Below are positions 26,512 to 35,830 of a stretch of 43,949 bases of DNA, piece after piece (the first letter of the stretch is position 1; every line of letters starts with the position of its first letter). Made by a program: the position numbers and the translations under genes. The stretch lies in sequence record SRR22947727_3076. One strand, written 5' to 3'. The notes beneath the pieces are model-generated. The model did not search any database. It worked only from the letters and a program-made list of their open reading frames with translations, and was not told where the DNA came from.

Positions 26512-28503
26512 TTGAGTAATTTCAAAGGATCCAGAAGTTGGCGCCTTATCTTACTTTTCTCAGTTTTTGCATTAGTTGTGGTTGCCTGCGGAGGCGACAC
26601 AGCAGAAGAAGAAGTTGCTGTCGAAGAGACAGAAACAACTGAAGCTCCTGCTACAACTGCTGCGGCAGCTGAAGAAGCAGCTCCATCAGGACCTGATGGT
26701 GTTTATAAGATGGCGATCTTCTCAGATCCACAAACACAAAATTACTGGAATTATCTTGATACAGAAACAGATGTGTGGACACAATACGTGATGTCCGGAC
26801 AAGCTGTGTCATTATTCTCTATTTCATATCCTAACTACCAGTTAGTTACAGGTATCGCAGACGAACTTGTTGAGACCTCAACTAACAACGGTGACGGAAC
26901 ATGGACTTATAGTGTTCCTATAACAGAAGGATATAAATGGAGTGATGGTTCAGACCTCACAGCCAACGATATGGTATTTACATATAATACCGCTAAAGAT
27001 CTTGGCCTCTTAAGTAACTGGGAAACAAGCTACCCACAAGGTAGTGGAACAGACTCAGCTGCTGAAGGATATGCACAAGGTATTTTAACCCTTGTTGCTA
27101 GTGATGCTTACACTGTAGAGATAACTCTAAACTTTGATGCCGGGTTAGCTTCATGGCAGTACCAAATTGCACAAGCACCAATACTTCCAGAAAGTTATTG
27201 GGCGCAATATGCTACTGACAGAGAAACCCTTTTAGCAGCCTCAGGAGCTGACGCTCCAGTAGCTAGCGCATTTGTCTACGACAAAGTAGAACAAGGTGCT
27301 TTTTACACATGGGCATATGATGCTAATACAATGTGGGATGGTGGAACTACCACAATTTATAAGAGTGGTACCACAGTCGAATGGGATAATGGAAAAGCTC
27401 CAGCTATCAACCAATCATTTGGTGATACAACTGGCGATTCATTCTCATACACAGCAGGACCTTATGTAGGAACTGTTGAGTTCACATTATATGGTGATCA
27501 AGATGCTGCTTATCTTGCATTCCAAAATGGCGAAGTTGATTTCGTTCTTAACCCATTAGGTGTTAAGAGAAATCTTTTTGACCAATTATCCAGAGTTCCA
27601 GGTGTCGAAACTGTTTCCAACTTAGGTAACGGTATGCGATACATGGCATTCAACACTAGGGTTTTCCCTGGAAGCGACAAATCTTTTAGACAAGCTGTTG
27701 CATGTATTTCTGATAAAGAATTCGTGTTAAACAACATTCTTCAAGGTGTTGCTGTAAATATGGATGGTCAAATGCCTGAAGCGTTAACAGCTTGGGTTGC
27801 ACCTGTAACAGGTGTCCTTGCTGATTGTGCTGGCCTTAATGCTGAAGAACGATTCAACAAATCAGTTGAAATTCTTCAAGCAGGTGGTTGGACAGCTTCA
27901 GACTGGGGTTCCCATGCTGGTGGTGCTGAAAGAGCAGTCGCTCCAACAGGAATTAAAGGACCAGGAGGAGTAACACCTCCATCAGACATGTTGCTTTATG
28001 CACCAGGTGCTGGTTATGATCCATTGAGATCAACAATGTCCTTATTTATTGCTGATTGGATGCAACAACTTGGACTTGACGTAACAGCGAGACCTACCGG
28101 TTTCAACGTTATTGTCGACAAGGTGTTCACACCAGAGACTTGTGAGGATTGGTATTTCTACATGCTTGGTTGGGGTTTAAGTGCATTCCCTAATCACCCT
28201 GGAGATTTCTTCAATTCCAAGAACGACACTTGCGAAGGTGGCTATAACACACCTGGTTTTAACAACGCAGAATTTGATGCATTAGATGCTGAATTCCAAG
28301 CTGCTAAAACAATCAGTGATGCTATTGTCCTATCGCAAAAAATGGAAGCTATATTATTTGAAGAAATGCCATATTTGGTATTATTCAACGTACCTACATT
28401 AGAGGTATATAAAGATACTGTAGAATTTCCATTCACAGATGTATTAGACGGATTAACTGGAACAGGTGGCGGTTACGCTTCACTTGTGAAAGTACAGAGC
28501 TAA
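26512..28503 (+). CDS. oppA: ABC transporter substrate-binding lipoprotein, family 5 (OppA/DppA-like)
   Basis: Signal peptide with lipobox VVAC; acidic Ala/Thr/Glu linker; KWSDG..LTA.D.VFT family-5 motif; upstream of permease and ATPase genes; substrate not established. Confidence 0.88.
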   Translation: MSNFKGSRSWRLILLFSVFALVVVACGGDTAEEEVAVEETETTEAPATTAAAAEEAAPSGPDGVYKMAIFSDPQTQNYWNYLDTETDVWTQYVMSGQAVSLFSISYPNYQLVTGIADELVETSTNNGDGTWTYSVPITEGYKWSDGSDLTANDMVFTYNTAKDLGLLSNWETSYPQGSGTDSAAEGYAQGILTLVASDAYTVEITLNFDAGLASWQYQIAQAPILPESYWAQYATDRETLLAASGADAPVASAFVYDKVEQGAFYTWAYDANTMWDGGTTTIYKSGTTVEWDNGKAPAINQSFGDTTGDSFSYTAGPYVGTVEFTLYGDQDAAYLAFQNGEVDFVLNPLGVKRNLFDQLSRVPGVETVSNLGNGMRYMAFNTRVFPGSDKSFRQAVACISDKEFVLNNILQGVAVNMDGQMPEALTAWVAPVTGVLADCAGLNAEERFNKSVEILQAGGWTASDWGSHAGGAERAVAPTGIKGPGGVTPPSDMLLYAPGAGYDPLRSTMSLFIADWMQQLGLDVTARPTGFNVIVDKVFTPETCEDWYFYMLGWGLSAFPNHPGDFFNSKNDTCEGGYNTPGFNNAEFDALDAEFQAAKTISDAIVLSQKMEAILFEEMPYLVLFNVPTLEVYKDTVEFPFTDVLDGLTGTGGGYASLVKVQS

Positions 28504-28515
28504 TAATATAACTTG

Positions 28516-28549
28516 AACATGGGTAGGCTTCGGCCTACCTATGTTTTTT
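28516..28549 (+). terminator. intrinsic terminator / 3' stabilising hairpin after oppA
   Basis: AACATGGGTAGGC-TTCG-GCCTACCTATGTT followed by a T run. Confidence 0.88.
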
Positions 28550-28573
28550 AAATGTCTAAAATAGGGTACGAAT

Positions 28574-29746
28574 ATGGTTGAGTATATAGTTAGAAGAACA
28601 TTGCAAATGATTGTGGTGTTTTTTATTTTCCTTGTTAGTTCTTATTTACTATTTAATGCCATTCCCGGTAATGCATTCTCTAACTTATTATTAAACCCTA
28701 ATCTTCCCCCAGATGCCTATCAAAAAGTACTGGAAACGTATGGTTTAGATAAACCTCTTTCTGAACGGGTACAACTTTATGTAGTTAACTTTTTTAAAGG
28801 TGACTTCGGATATTCATATAAATATTTTCCTAAAACCCCCATTGAATTAATAGCTGAAAGATTGCCACGAACATTAATGCTATTTTCTGTTGTAAACATC
28901 GTTGCTTTTTATACTGGTTTTTTTATCGGTAAAGTCCTTGCTTGGAGAAGAGGATCAAAATCAGAAACTTGGATAACCATAACTTCTGTATTTTCTTATA
29001 CCGTTTTTTATCCATGGTTTGCACTTATGATGTTATGGTTTTTTGGCTATAAAATGGGCTGGTTCCCGATAGGTAAATTCCTTTACCCTGAGAAATGGTA
29101 TGACGCACCATTTGATAGTGATGTTATATTTGCGATGATGATTAAATTTGTTCTCGTAGTATCACTCATTCAATTTGCAGCTTATACAATTACTAGAGGG
29201 ATTGAATCTTTATCATCTAGACGGAACATTCGATTTTTAAGTTTAATTGCGATATTCATAGGTAGTTATTTTTATTGGAATACTGGTGAAGCATTATCTA
29301 GAAAACCTTATGCAGCCGATATAGCTTATCATATGATTTTACCCGTCTTGGTTGTAACAATTGTGGCTTTCGCAGGTACTGCACTTCTTACACGAACTAC
29401 CATGATGGAAGTTTTAAAAGAAGACTACATTCTTACGGCAAGAGCTAAAGGAATTAGTCAAAAAAGAATAAGAGATAGGCACGCAGCTAGAACAGCTTTA
29501 CTACCAGTAGTAACATCATTTATTTTCACAATAGTGACAATTATTGATGGATCTGTTCTCACAGAGCAGATATTTTCATGGCCTGGAATGGGTCAACTAC
29601 TCTTGCAAGCAGTACTGGAAGAAGATATCCCCGTAGCTATGGCTTCTTTTTCTTTCGTAGGTGTATTTGCTTTGTTAGCTCATTTAATTGCTGATATATC
29701 ATATTCATATTTAGATCCAAGAATAAGAGTAAAGTCACAGGGATAA
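28574..29746 (+). CDS. oppB: peptide ABC transporter permease (OppB/DppB)
   Basis: YGLDKPL, GDFGYS, ERLPRTL, EDYILTARAKG (EAA loop), FSWPGMG, YLDPRIR. Confidence 0.92.
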   Translation: MVEYIVRRTLQMIVVFFIFLVSSYLLFNAIPGNAFSNLLLNPNLPPDAYQKVLETYGLDKPLSERVQLYVVNFFKGDFGYSYKYFPKTPIELIAERLPRTLMLFSVVNIVAFYTGFFIGKVLAWRRGSKSETWITITSVFSYTVFYPWFALMMLWFFGYKMGWFPIGKFLYPEKWYDAPFDSDVIFAMMIKFVLVVSLIQFAAYTITRGIESLSSRRNIRFLSLIAIFIGSYFYWNTGEALSRKPYAADIAYHMILPVLVVTIVAFAGTALLTRTTMMEVLKEDYILTARAKGISQKRIRDRHAARTALLPVVTSFIFTIVTIIDGSVLTEQIFSWPGMGQLLLQAVLEEDIPVAMASFSFVGVFALLAHLIADISYSYLDPRIRVKSQG

Positions 29747-29749
29747 ATC

Positions 29750-30829
29750 ATGGAAATTGATGAATTAAAAGAAAAGAATTTACAAAAACAATTAAGAAAA
29801 GAAGCAATTAAACGAAATTGGAGGTTGTTCGCCCAGAGTAAACTCGGAATGATTGGTCTAGGTATTGTTTCTATATTTTTGATTCTTGCATTACTTCAGC
29901 CTTTTCTTTTTATGACAGGATTATGGAGTGAAAGCATATACCATCCAGTTGTTGGTTATGACCAAATTATAGAGTCAAAATTAGTAGTTGAATGTCCCAA
30001 AGAATATCCAACACCAAAGTATGCAACCTTTTCTGAATGTCCAGCACAAGGTGAAGTTCAGAAAAAAATGTTATATTTAGCTCAAGGAGTAGAGGTTGGA
30101 GATATGTATGACGTATATTTACAGCCAGCACCACCTTCAGCTAAACACATTCTTGGTACTGATTCATTAGGTAGAGATGTATTTTCTCAAATTATGGAAG
30201 GTAGTCAAGTTGCCTTCGTACTAGGTTTACTCAGCGCAACATTAGGTGTCGGTATTTCTACAATTCTTGGGACTATTGCAGCATTTTTTGGTGGCAGGAT
30301 AGATGCCTATTTAATGAGACAATCAGACTTAGTTCTTATGCTACCGACTTTGCCGTTACTCTTTATTATTTCAGCATTCGCTGAGTTAAAAATTTGGCAC
30401 CTTGCAGTTGTCCTAGGAGTATTAGGTGGTTTAGGTGGTTCTGTAATTACTATTAAATCACAAGCACTTCAAGTGAAAGTGAAACCATTTGTAGATTCTG
30501 CAAGAATAACAGGTGGATCACAAAGAAAAATTATGTTCTCTCATGTGCTTCCAAACGTAGCACCTTTAGCATTACTATTTATGGTATTTAGCGTAACTGG
30601 TGCAATTGCTTCTGAATCTGTTCTGTCATTTCTTGGTTTGCTCAATATTGATATGAGTTGGGGATTAATGATATACCTCTCACAAACTGATGGATTTATA
30701 TTTTCTGGTTTAGAATATTGGTGGTTAATATTACCTGCTGGATTATCTGTTACATTTCTTGCTGGTGGCTTTTATCTTGTTGGTCGAGGACTCGATGATG
30801 TATTTAATCCACGATTAAGGAAAAGGTAA
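29750..30829 (+). CDS. oppC: peptide ABC transporter permease (OppC/DppC)
   Basis: PPS..H.LGTDSLGRD, FVDSAR..G, HVLPN, LSFLGL, FNPRLR. Confidence 0.92.
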   Translation: MEIDELKEKNLQKQLRKEAIKRNWRLFAQSKLGMIGLGIVSIFLILALLQPFLFMTGLWSESIYHPVVGYDQIIESKLVVECPKEYPTPKYATFSECPAQGEVQKKMLYLAQGVEVGDMYDVYLQPAPPSAKHILGTDSLGRDVFSQIMEGSQVAFVLGLLSATLGVGISTILGTIAAFFGGRIDAYLMRQSDLVLMLPTLPLLFIISAFAELKIWHLAVVLGVLGGLGGSVITIKSQALQVKVKPFVDSARITGGSQRKIMFSHVLPNVAPLALLFMVFSVTGAIASESVLSFLGLLNIDMSWGLMIYLSQTDGFIFSGLEYWWLILPAGLSVTFLAGGFYLVGRGLDDVFNPRLRKR

Positions 30830-30830
30830 T

Positions 30831-31805
30831 ATGTCAAAAGATATTTTAATAGTAGATAATCTCAATATGCACTATGAAACATTAGAAGGTAAAGTTATGG
30901 CCGTTAACAATGTTACCTTTTCTGTGAAAGAGGGAGAGTCATTTGGTCTTGTTGGAGAATCTGGTTGCGGAAAATCTTCAGTTGCTGCTACGTTGTTACA
31001 GTTACAATCTGACAATGCAGTAATTTCATCTGGAAGTATAAAACTAGATAATCAAGAACTAGTTGGCATGACAGAATCTGATTTACGTAAAGTTCGTTGG
31101 AATGATATAAGTATTGTTTTCCAGGGTGCTATGAATGCTTGGAATCCAGTTATTAAAATTGGTGAGCAGATTAGAGAAGCTATAAGAGAACATCATCCTA
31201 ATAATACTAAAAAAGAAAATACAGATAAAATATCTGAATTATTTAAGATAGTAGGTCTTGATGATTCAATAATGGATAGATTCCCACATGAGTTATCAGG
31301 TGGTATGAAACAAAGAGCTGTTATTGCACTAGCTTTGTCTTGTGATCCAAAAATAGTAATTGCTGACGAACCAACTACTGCGTTGGATGTTGTTATTCAG
31401 GATCAAATATTAAAAGAAATAAAAAAAGTTCAAGAATTATTAGGTCTTAGTTTAATTTATATTTCTCACGATATAGCTGTTATCGCAGAGATGACTGACA
31501 ATATGGCAGTAATGTATGCTGGTTCAATTGTTGAAAAAGGTCCTACAGCATCAATTTTTTCAAATCCAAAACATGCTTATACGAGACTTCTTCTAGAGTC
31601 TACACCATCTGTTGTTGGTGAAAAAAAGAAACTAAGAGCCTTAGATGGAGAACCACCAAGTTTGATCAACGGTCTAGAGGGATGTGCTTTCTCCCCAAGG
31701 TGTCCAGAACCATCAGAGGATTGCAAAAGTAAAAAATTAGATATGTCATTAATAGAGATAGAAAATGGACATTGGGCAGATCAATGTTGTGTAAATTGTG
31801 GGTGA
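30831..31805 (+). CDS. oppD: peptide ABC transporter ATP-binding protein (OppD)
   Basis: GESGCGKS, FPHELSGGMKQR, DEPTTALD, HD, Cys-rich C-terminus (GCAFSPRC). Confidence 0.93.
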   Translation: MSKDILIVDNLNMHYETLEGKVMAVNNVTFSVKEGESFGLVGESGCGKSSVAATLLQLQSDNAVISSGSIKLDNQELVGMTESDLRKVRWNDISIVFQGAMNAWNPVIKIGEQIREAIREHHPNNTKKENTDKISELFKIVGLDDSIMDRFPHELSGGMKQRAVIALALSCDPKIVIADEPTTALDVVIQDQILKEIKKVQELLGLSLIYISHDIAVIAEMTDNMAVMYAGSIVEKGPTASIFSNPKHAYTRLLLESTPSVVGEKKKLRALDGEPPSLINGLEGCAFSPRCPEPSEDCKSKKLDMSLIEIENGHWADQCCVNCG

Positions 31806-31808
31806 TGA

Positions 31809-32762
31809 ATGGATAATGTAATAGAAGTTAATAATTTAGTTAAGAATTTTGATGTTTCTAAAGGATTTTTCTCTAGAAATAAAAATATAGTTAAGGCTGT
31901 CGATGGTATTAGTTTTAGCATCCCAAAAGGGGAGTCTTTAGGTTTAGTTGGGCAGAGTGGATGTGGTAAAACAACAACTGCCAGAGCACTGTGTTTACTT
32001 GATCCCAAAACATCCGGTGATGTAAAATTTTTCAATCCAGAAGCTGATGAGATGCAAAATCTCGATGATCTATCTGATGATCAAGTAAAACAATTCCGCC
32101 GAAACACACAAATGATTTTTCAGGACCCCTATGAGTCGTTGAATCCAAGATGGACAATTAAAGATATAATCTTAGAACCATTAAATATACATAATATTGG
32201 CTCTCTGGAAAACAGAACAGAAGCGGTTATTGAAATATTAAAAACTGTGGGTTTAACACCTCCTGAAAATTATTTGCCTAGATATCCTCATGAGCTTTCA
32301 GGTGGTCAAAGACAACGTGTATCTATAGCACGTTCATTAATCATGAACCCAAAGTTTGTTATATGTGATGAACCAACATCTATGTTAGATGTTTCAATAA
32401 GAATTTCAATTATGGATCTCATGTTGGATTTAGCTAAGGACTTACAAGTGTCTTATTTATACATTACGCATGATCTTGCTGTTGCTAGATATATGTGTAA
32501 TAGAATTGCTGTAATGTTTAATGGCAAAATTGTAGAAATTGCCAAAACTGAAAATCTCCTTAGTAATCCTATACATCCTTATACGAAAAGATTAATCTCT
32601 TCAATCCCTGTTCCAGATCCTAAATATACAAGAACTAAATATGAAATTGATTTTACTGAACTTGATGAAATTATTGCAAGCAACACTAATAATTTACCAA
32701 TGGTTGATATTGGTGATGAACATTTTGTTGCTACACATGACGTTAAGGACCTACTTATTTGA
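31809..32762 (+). CDS. oppF: peptide ABC transporter ATP-binding protein (OppF)
   Basis: GQSGCGKT, QMIFQDPY, YPHELSGGQRQR, DEPTSMLD, HPYT. Confidence 0.93.
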   Translation: MDNVIEVNNLVKNFDVSKGFFSRNKNIVKAVDGISFSIPKGESLGLVGQSGCGKTTTARALCLLDPKTSGDVKFFNPEADEMQNLDDLSDDQVKQFRRNTQMIFQDPYESLNPRWTIKDIILEPLNIHNIGSLENRTEAVIEILKTVGLTPPENYLPRYPHELSGGQRQRVSIARSLIMNPKFVICDEPTSMLDVSIRISIMDLMLDLAKDLQVSYLYITHDLAVARYMCNRIAVMFNGKIVEIAKTENLLSNPIHPYTKRLISSIPVPDPKYTRTKYEIDFTELDEIIASNTNNLPMVDIGDEHFVATHDVKDLLI

Positions 32763-33292
32763 AATTTAAAGATATTTTATTACCTCCAAATTTAATCACT
32801 CTTTTTAGATTATTTGCATCAGTATATCTTTTTCAAAATTTTTATCCTCTGGACATCAATACTTACGTATTAGTTGCAACGATTGCGGTTGTTGGCCTTA
32901 GTGATTCTCTTGATGGGATAGTCGCCAGGAGATTCAATATGGTAAGTGAACTTGGGATAATTTTGGACCCATTTGTAGATCGTACTGTATTTATCTTACT
33001 GGTAGTCTGGCTACAAGATTTATTTCCAAGTATTTTCTTTCAAGCGCTTATAGCTCGTGAAGTATTAGTTCTACTTGGAGGTATTTATGTTCTACTTTCA
33101 AAAAAACCGATTGAAGTATCTAAAAAGGGAAAACTAGCTACAGTCTTTATGTTTATTACAATATGTTTATATGTACTAGACGTTAGCTTGAACACCGGAT
33201 TAATAAATTTTATTGCCTTTCCAGTCATGGTTTTTTATTACTTTGTTGCATTAGAATACCTTTATTACCTAGTATTTAATTATGAACAATGA
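32759..33292 (+). CDS. CDP-alcohol phosphatidyltransferase (PgsA/PgsA2-like)
   Basis: PNLITLFR, SD.LDG.VARRFN.VSELG.ILDP..D motif. Confidence 0.9.
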   Translation: MKFKDILLPPNLITLFRLFASVYLFQNFYPLDINTYVLVATIAVVGLSDSLDGIVARRFNMVSELGIILDPFVDRTVFILLVVWLQDLFPSIFFQALIAREVLVLLGGIYVLLSKKPIEVSKKGKLATVFMFITICLYVLDVSLNTGLINFIAFPVMVFYYFVALEYLYYLVFNYEQ

Positions 33293-33626
33293 AACAAGAC
33301 CATTAGAAGATTCCCTAATCTTTAGTCAAAATTGTAAGTATATACTTTCATTGCTCAATGAAGAAGTATCTTCAACATCATGGTTTTTATCAAATGGTAT
33401 ACATAAAATAGGTAGGCTTTCAGAAAAAGAAATAATCTTAGATGACGTTACAGTATCCAGACACCATGCTTTTATTACTGTAGATGATGAAGATATCTCC
33501 ATTACTGACGAACAGTCAACAAATGGTATCTTTGTAAATGGTGATTTGTTAACTGAATCATCTCTAAAAAGTGGCGACAGGTTACAAATTGGTAAATATT
33601 CTTTAATAGTTACTAAGACTGAGTAG
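33282..33626 (+). CDS. FHA domain protein (GarA/OdhI-like)
   Basis: IGR, LDDVTVSRHHA, STNG.FVNG, GD.LQIGKY; LDDVTVSR is characteristic of GarA/OdhI. Confidence 0.85.
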   Translation: MNNETRPLEDSLIFSQNCKYILSLLNEEVSSTSWFLSNGIHKIGRLSEKEIILDDVTVSRHHAFITVDDEDISITDEQSTNGIFVNGDLLTESSLKSGDRLQIGKYSLIVTKTE

Positions 33627-33628
33627 CT

Positions 33629-34219
33629 ATGGATATTTCTGCAAGCATTCAAGCTGCAAATCAATTAGATTTACTAAGAGATATTGAAACAAATGCTAAC
33701 AAATTCGATCAATTACATATAGATATTACTGACGGACATTTCACTGACAATATAGGACTTTCGTTGGATATTGTCTCTAAGTTAAAAAAAAATACATCTT
33801 ATAAACTTGATGTTCATTTAATGCTTCAAGAAAATACTAAATTCGTTGAAAGAGTAATTGAGTATGGAGCTGATTTAGTTACAGTACACTGTGAGTCAAC
33901 AGATATAAATGAATTTAAAAACTTAACAACCAATTTTGATAATGTTGGGATTGGCATTCTGCCTACAAGTAATATTGAAATTTTGAAATCTTATGCTGAG
34001 TATACCTCTATTTTTTTACTCTTAACTGTCAACCCTGGGTTTTCTAATCAACCAAAAGCAGTAAATCTTATTGATAGGATTAATGAGTTTAAAAGTGTTG
34101 TTAATAATAGTGAATCTACCTTGATCGTTGATGGCGGTGTAACAGTAGATGATTTAGCCCCCCTTGAAACTAACGGGGTAAATGTTGCCGTTCAAGGTGG
34201 AGCTATATTTGGTAAATAA
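33629..34219 (+). CDS. rpe: ribulose-phosphate 3-epimerase
   Basis: HIDITDGHF, DVHLM, TVNPGF, VDGG. Confidence 0.92.
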   Translation: MDISASIQAANQLDLLRDIETNANKFDQLHIDITDGHFTDNIGLSLDIVSKLKKNTSYKLDVHLMLQENTKFVERVIEYGADLVTVHCESTDINEFKNLTTNFDNVGIGILPTSNIEILKSYAEYTSIFLLLTVNPGFSNQPKAVNLIDRINEFKSVVNNSESTLIVDGGVTVDDLAPLETNGVNVAVQGGAIFGK

Positions 34220-35252
34220 TTTTAAATATTTAGGTTTTTCAGAACCTATGGCGCTAGCCATGGTCGAAGCATTAAAAGTAAACCCTTACCCGAATCCTAG
34301 AGTCGGGGCACTTTTAATTGATGAGCAAGGAAACGTAAAAGCAGCCGCTAATCATAAACAAAAAGGTTCGAATCATGCTGAAATTAATATATTTGAACAG
34401 GTTCAAGTCGAAGAAACCGATATCCTTTATGTCACACTTGAACCATGTTTTCATAGCGATACTTCACCCTCATGTGCAATAGAGATTATAAATCAAGGTG
34501 TTAAAAATATTGTTATTGGAGATATAGATCTTGATATTAGAACGAATGGTAAGAGCGTTTCACTATTAAAAGATAATAATATATCTGTACAGATAGAATC
34601 AAATGCCAATAACATTCTTAATCCCTACTACGAAAATACACATAAGAAATTAAAAGATATCCACTATCTATTAAAAATTGGAATGTCTAAAAATGATTAC
34701 ATTACTAATGACGCTTCTGATTCAAGGTACATTACAAATGAAATATCATTGAGTATTGTTCACTATTTAAGAGCAACCGCAGACTGTATTGTTATTGGTA
34801 AAAATACTCTACTTAATGATGATCCAAAACTTAATGTACGTATTCCAGGAATTAATAATATCGATCATAATCCCGAACCAATTATTATGTGGGGAGGGTC
34901 AACTGAAAATATCGAATCTGCAATGAAAAAATATCCAACCTTTACTTTCTTAAGTAGCATGCCATCTCGAGAAAATAATACATACTGTGACACAAGTTCA
35001 CTTAGTGATGTTGAAGAATATTTTCTTAAAAGAAAGTTTAGAAATATTTTTATTGAAGGTGGCAAGGGTATCCTGGGTTCTTTTTTACGAGATCACAAAA
35101 TCGACTCTATATATGAATTTAAGAGTAATTTAAACATAGAAAATGGAATTCATATAGGTCATAATTACAGAGCTGAAATCGATAAAAACTATCATATGAA
35201 TAACAAATATCAACTTTTAGATAATTTATTAACTACTTATACTAGAAATTAA
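34209..35252 (+). CDS. ribD: bifunctional riboflavin deaminase/reductase
   Basis: PNPRVGA, HAE, TLEPC.H...P.C zinc site; reductase half with VH.LRA, D.PKL, IEGG; start uncertain (TTG 34209 inferred). Confidence 0.88.
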   Translation: MVNNFKYLGFSEPMALAMVEALKVNPYPNPRVGALLIDEQGNVKAAANHKQKGSNHAEINIFEQVQVEETDILYVTLEPCFHSDTSPSCAIEIINQGVKNIVIGDIDLDIRTNGKSVSLLKDNNISVQIESNANNILNPYYENTHKKLKDIHYLLKIGMSKNDYITNDASDSRYITNEISLSIVHYLRATADCIVIGKNTLLNDDPKLNVRIPGINNIDHNPEPIIMWGGSTENIESAMKKYPTFTFLSSMPSRENNTYCDTSSLSDVEEYFLKRKFRNIFIEGGKGILGSFLRDHKIDSIYEFKSNLNIENGIHIGHNYRAEIDKNYHMNNKYQLLDNLLTTYTRN

Positions 35253-35830
35253 TGTTTACTGGAATAATACAAAGTGTAGGAGTTGTTAAATCTCTAGATG
35301 CAGAAAATTTAATTATTTCGCCAAATTCTGATAAATTTATAAATCATGAATTAGGAACCAGTATTGCTGTTGATGGCGTCTGTTTAACATTAAGGGGTTA
35401 CGATGATAGTAACCTCATTTTCCAGGTTTCTAAGGAGTCAATTACACGATCAATTATAAATAACTATTCCAGCGGTGATCACATTAATCTTGAACTACCA
35501 CTTACTATGGAAACTTTTCTGAGTGGACACATTGTACAAGGGCACGTTGACACCATTACAACGGTTTCAAATATTGAACAGGTATCTGACGATCTTTGGA
35601 ATTTCTTTTTTTCTAATAATAGTTATAAATATATAGTTGATAAAGGTTCAATAACAATTAATGGGGTGTCTCTTACAGTAGTTAGTCCTAGTGTTGATAC
35701 GTTTTCTGTTGCAATCATTCGTGAAACATATGACCGTACAAATTTTAATAATCTTAAAGTTGATTCACCAGTGAATGTAGAATTTGACATTATGGCAAAA
35801 TATGTTGAAAGAGCTCTTAATGATAAGTGA
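35252..35830 (+). CDS. ribE: riboflavin synthase (alpha chain)
   Basis: MFTGII, SIAVDGVCLT, GH.VQGHVD, KGSITINGVSLT, VNVEFD..AKY. Confidence 0.95.
   Translation: MFTGIIQSVGVVKSLDAENLIISPNSDKFINHELGTSIAVDGVCLTLRGYDDSNLIFQVSKESITRSIINNYSSGDHINLELPLTMETFLSGHIVQGHVDTITTVSNIEQVSDDLWNFFFSNNSYKYIVDKGSITINGVSLTVVSPSVDTFSVAIIRETYDRTNFNNLKVDSPVNVEFDIMAKYVERALNDK

Noticed and set aside
26590-26690. GAA/GCT/ACA-rich repeat-like tract
   Set aside because: Encodes the low-complexity linker after the lipoprotein Cys; not a DNA repeat element
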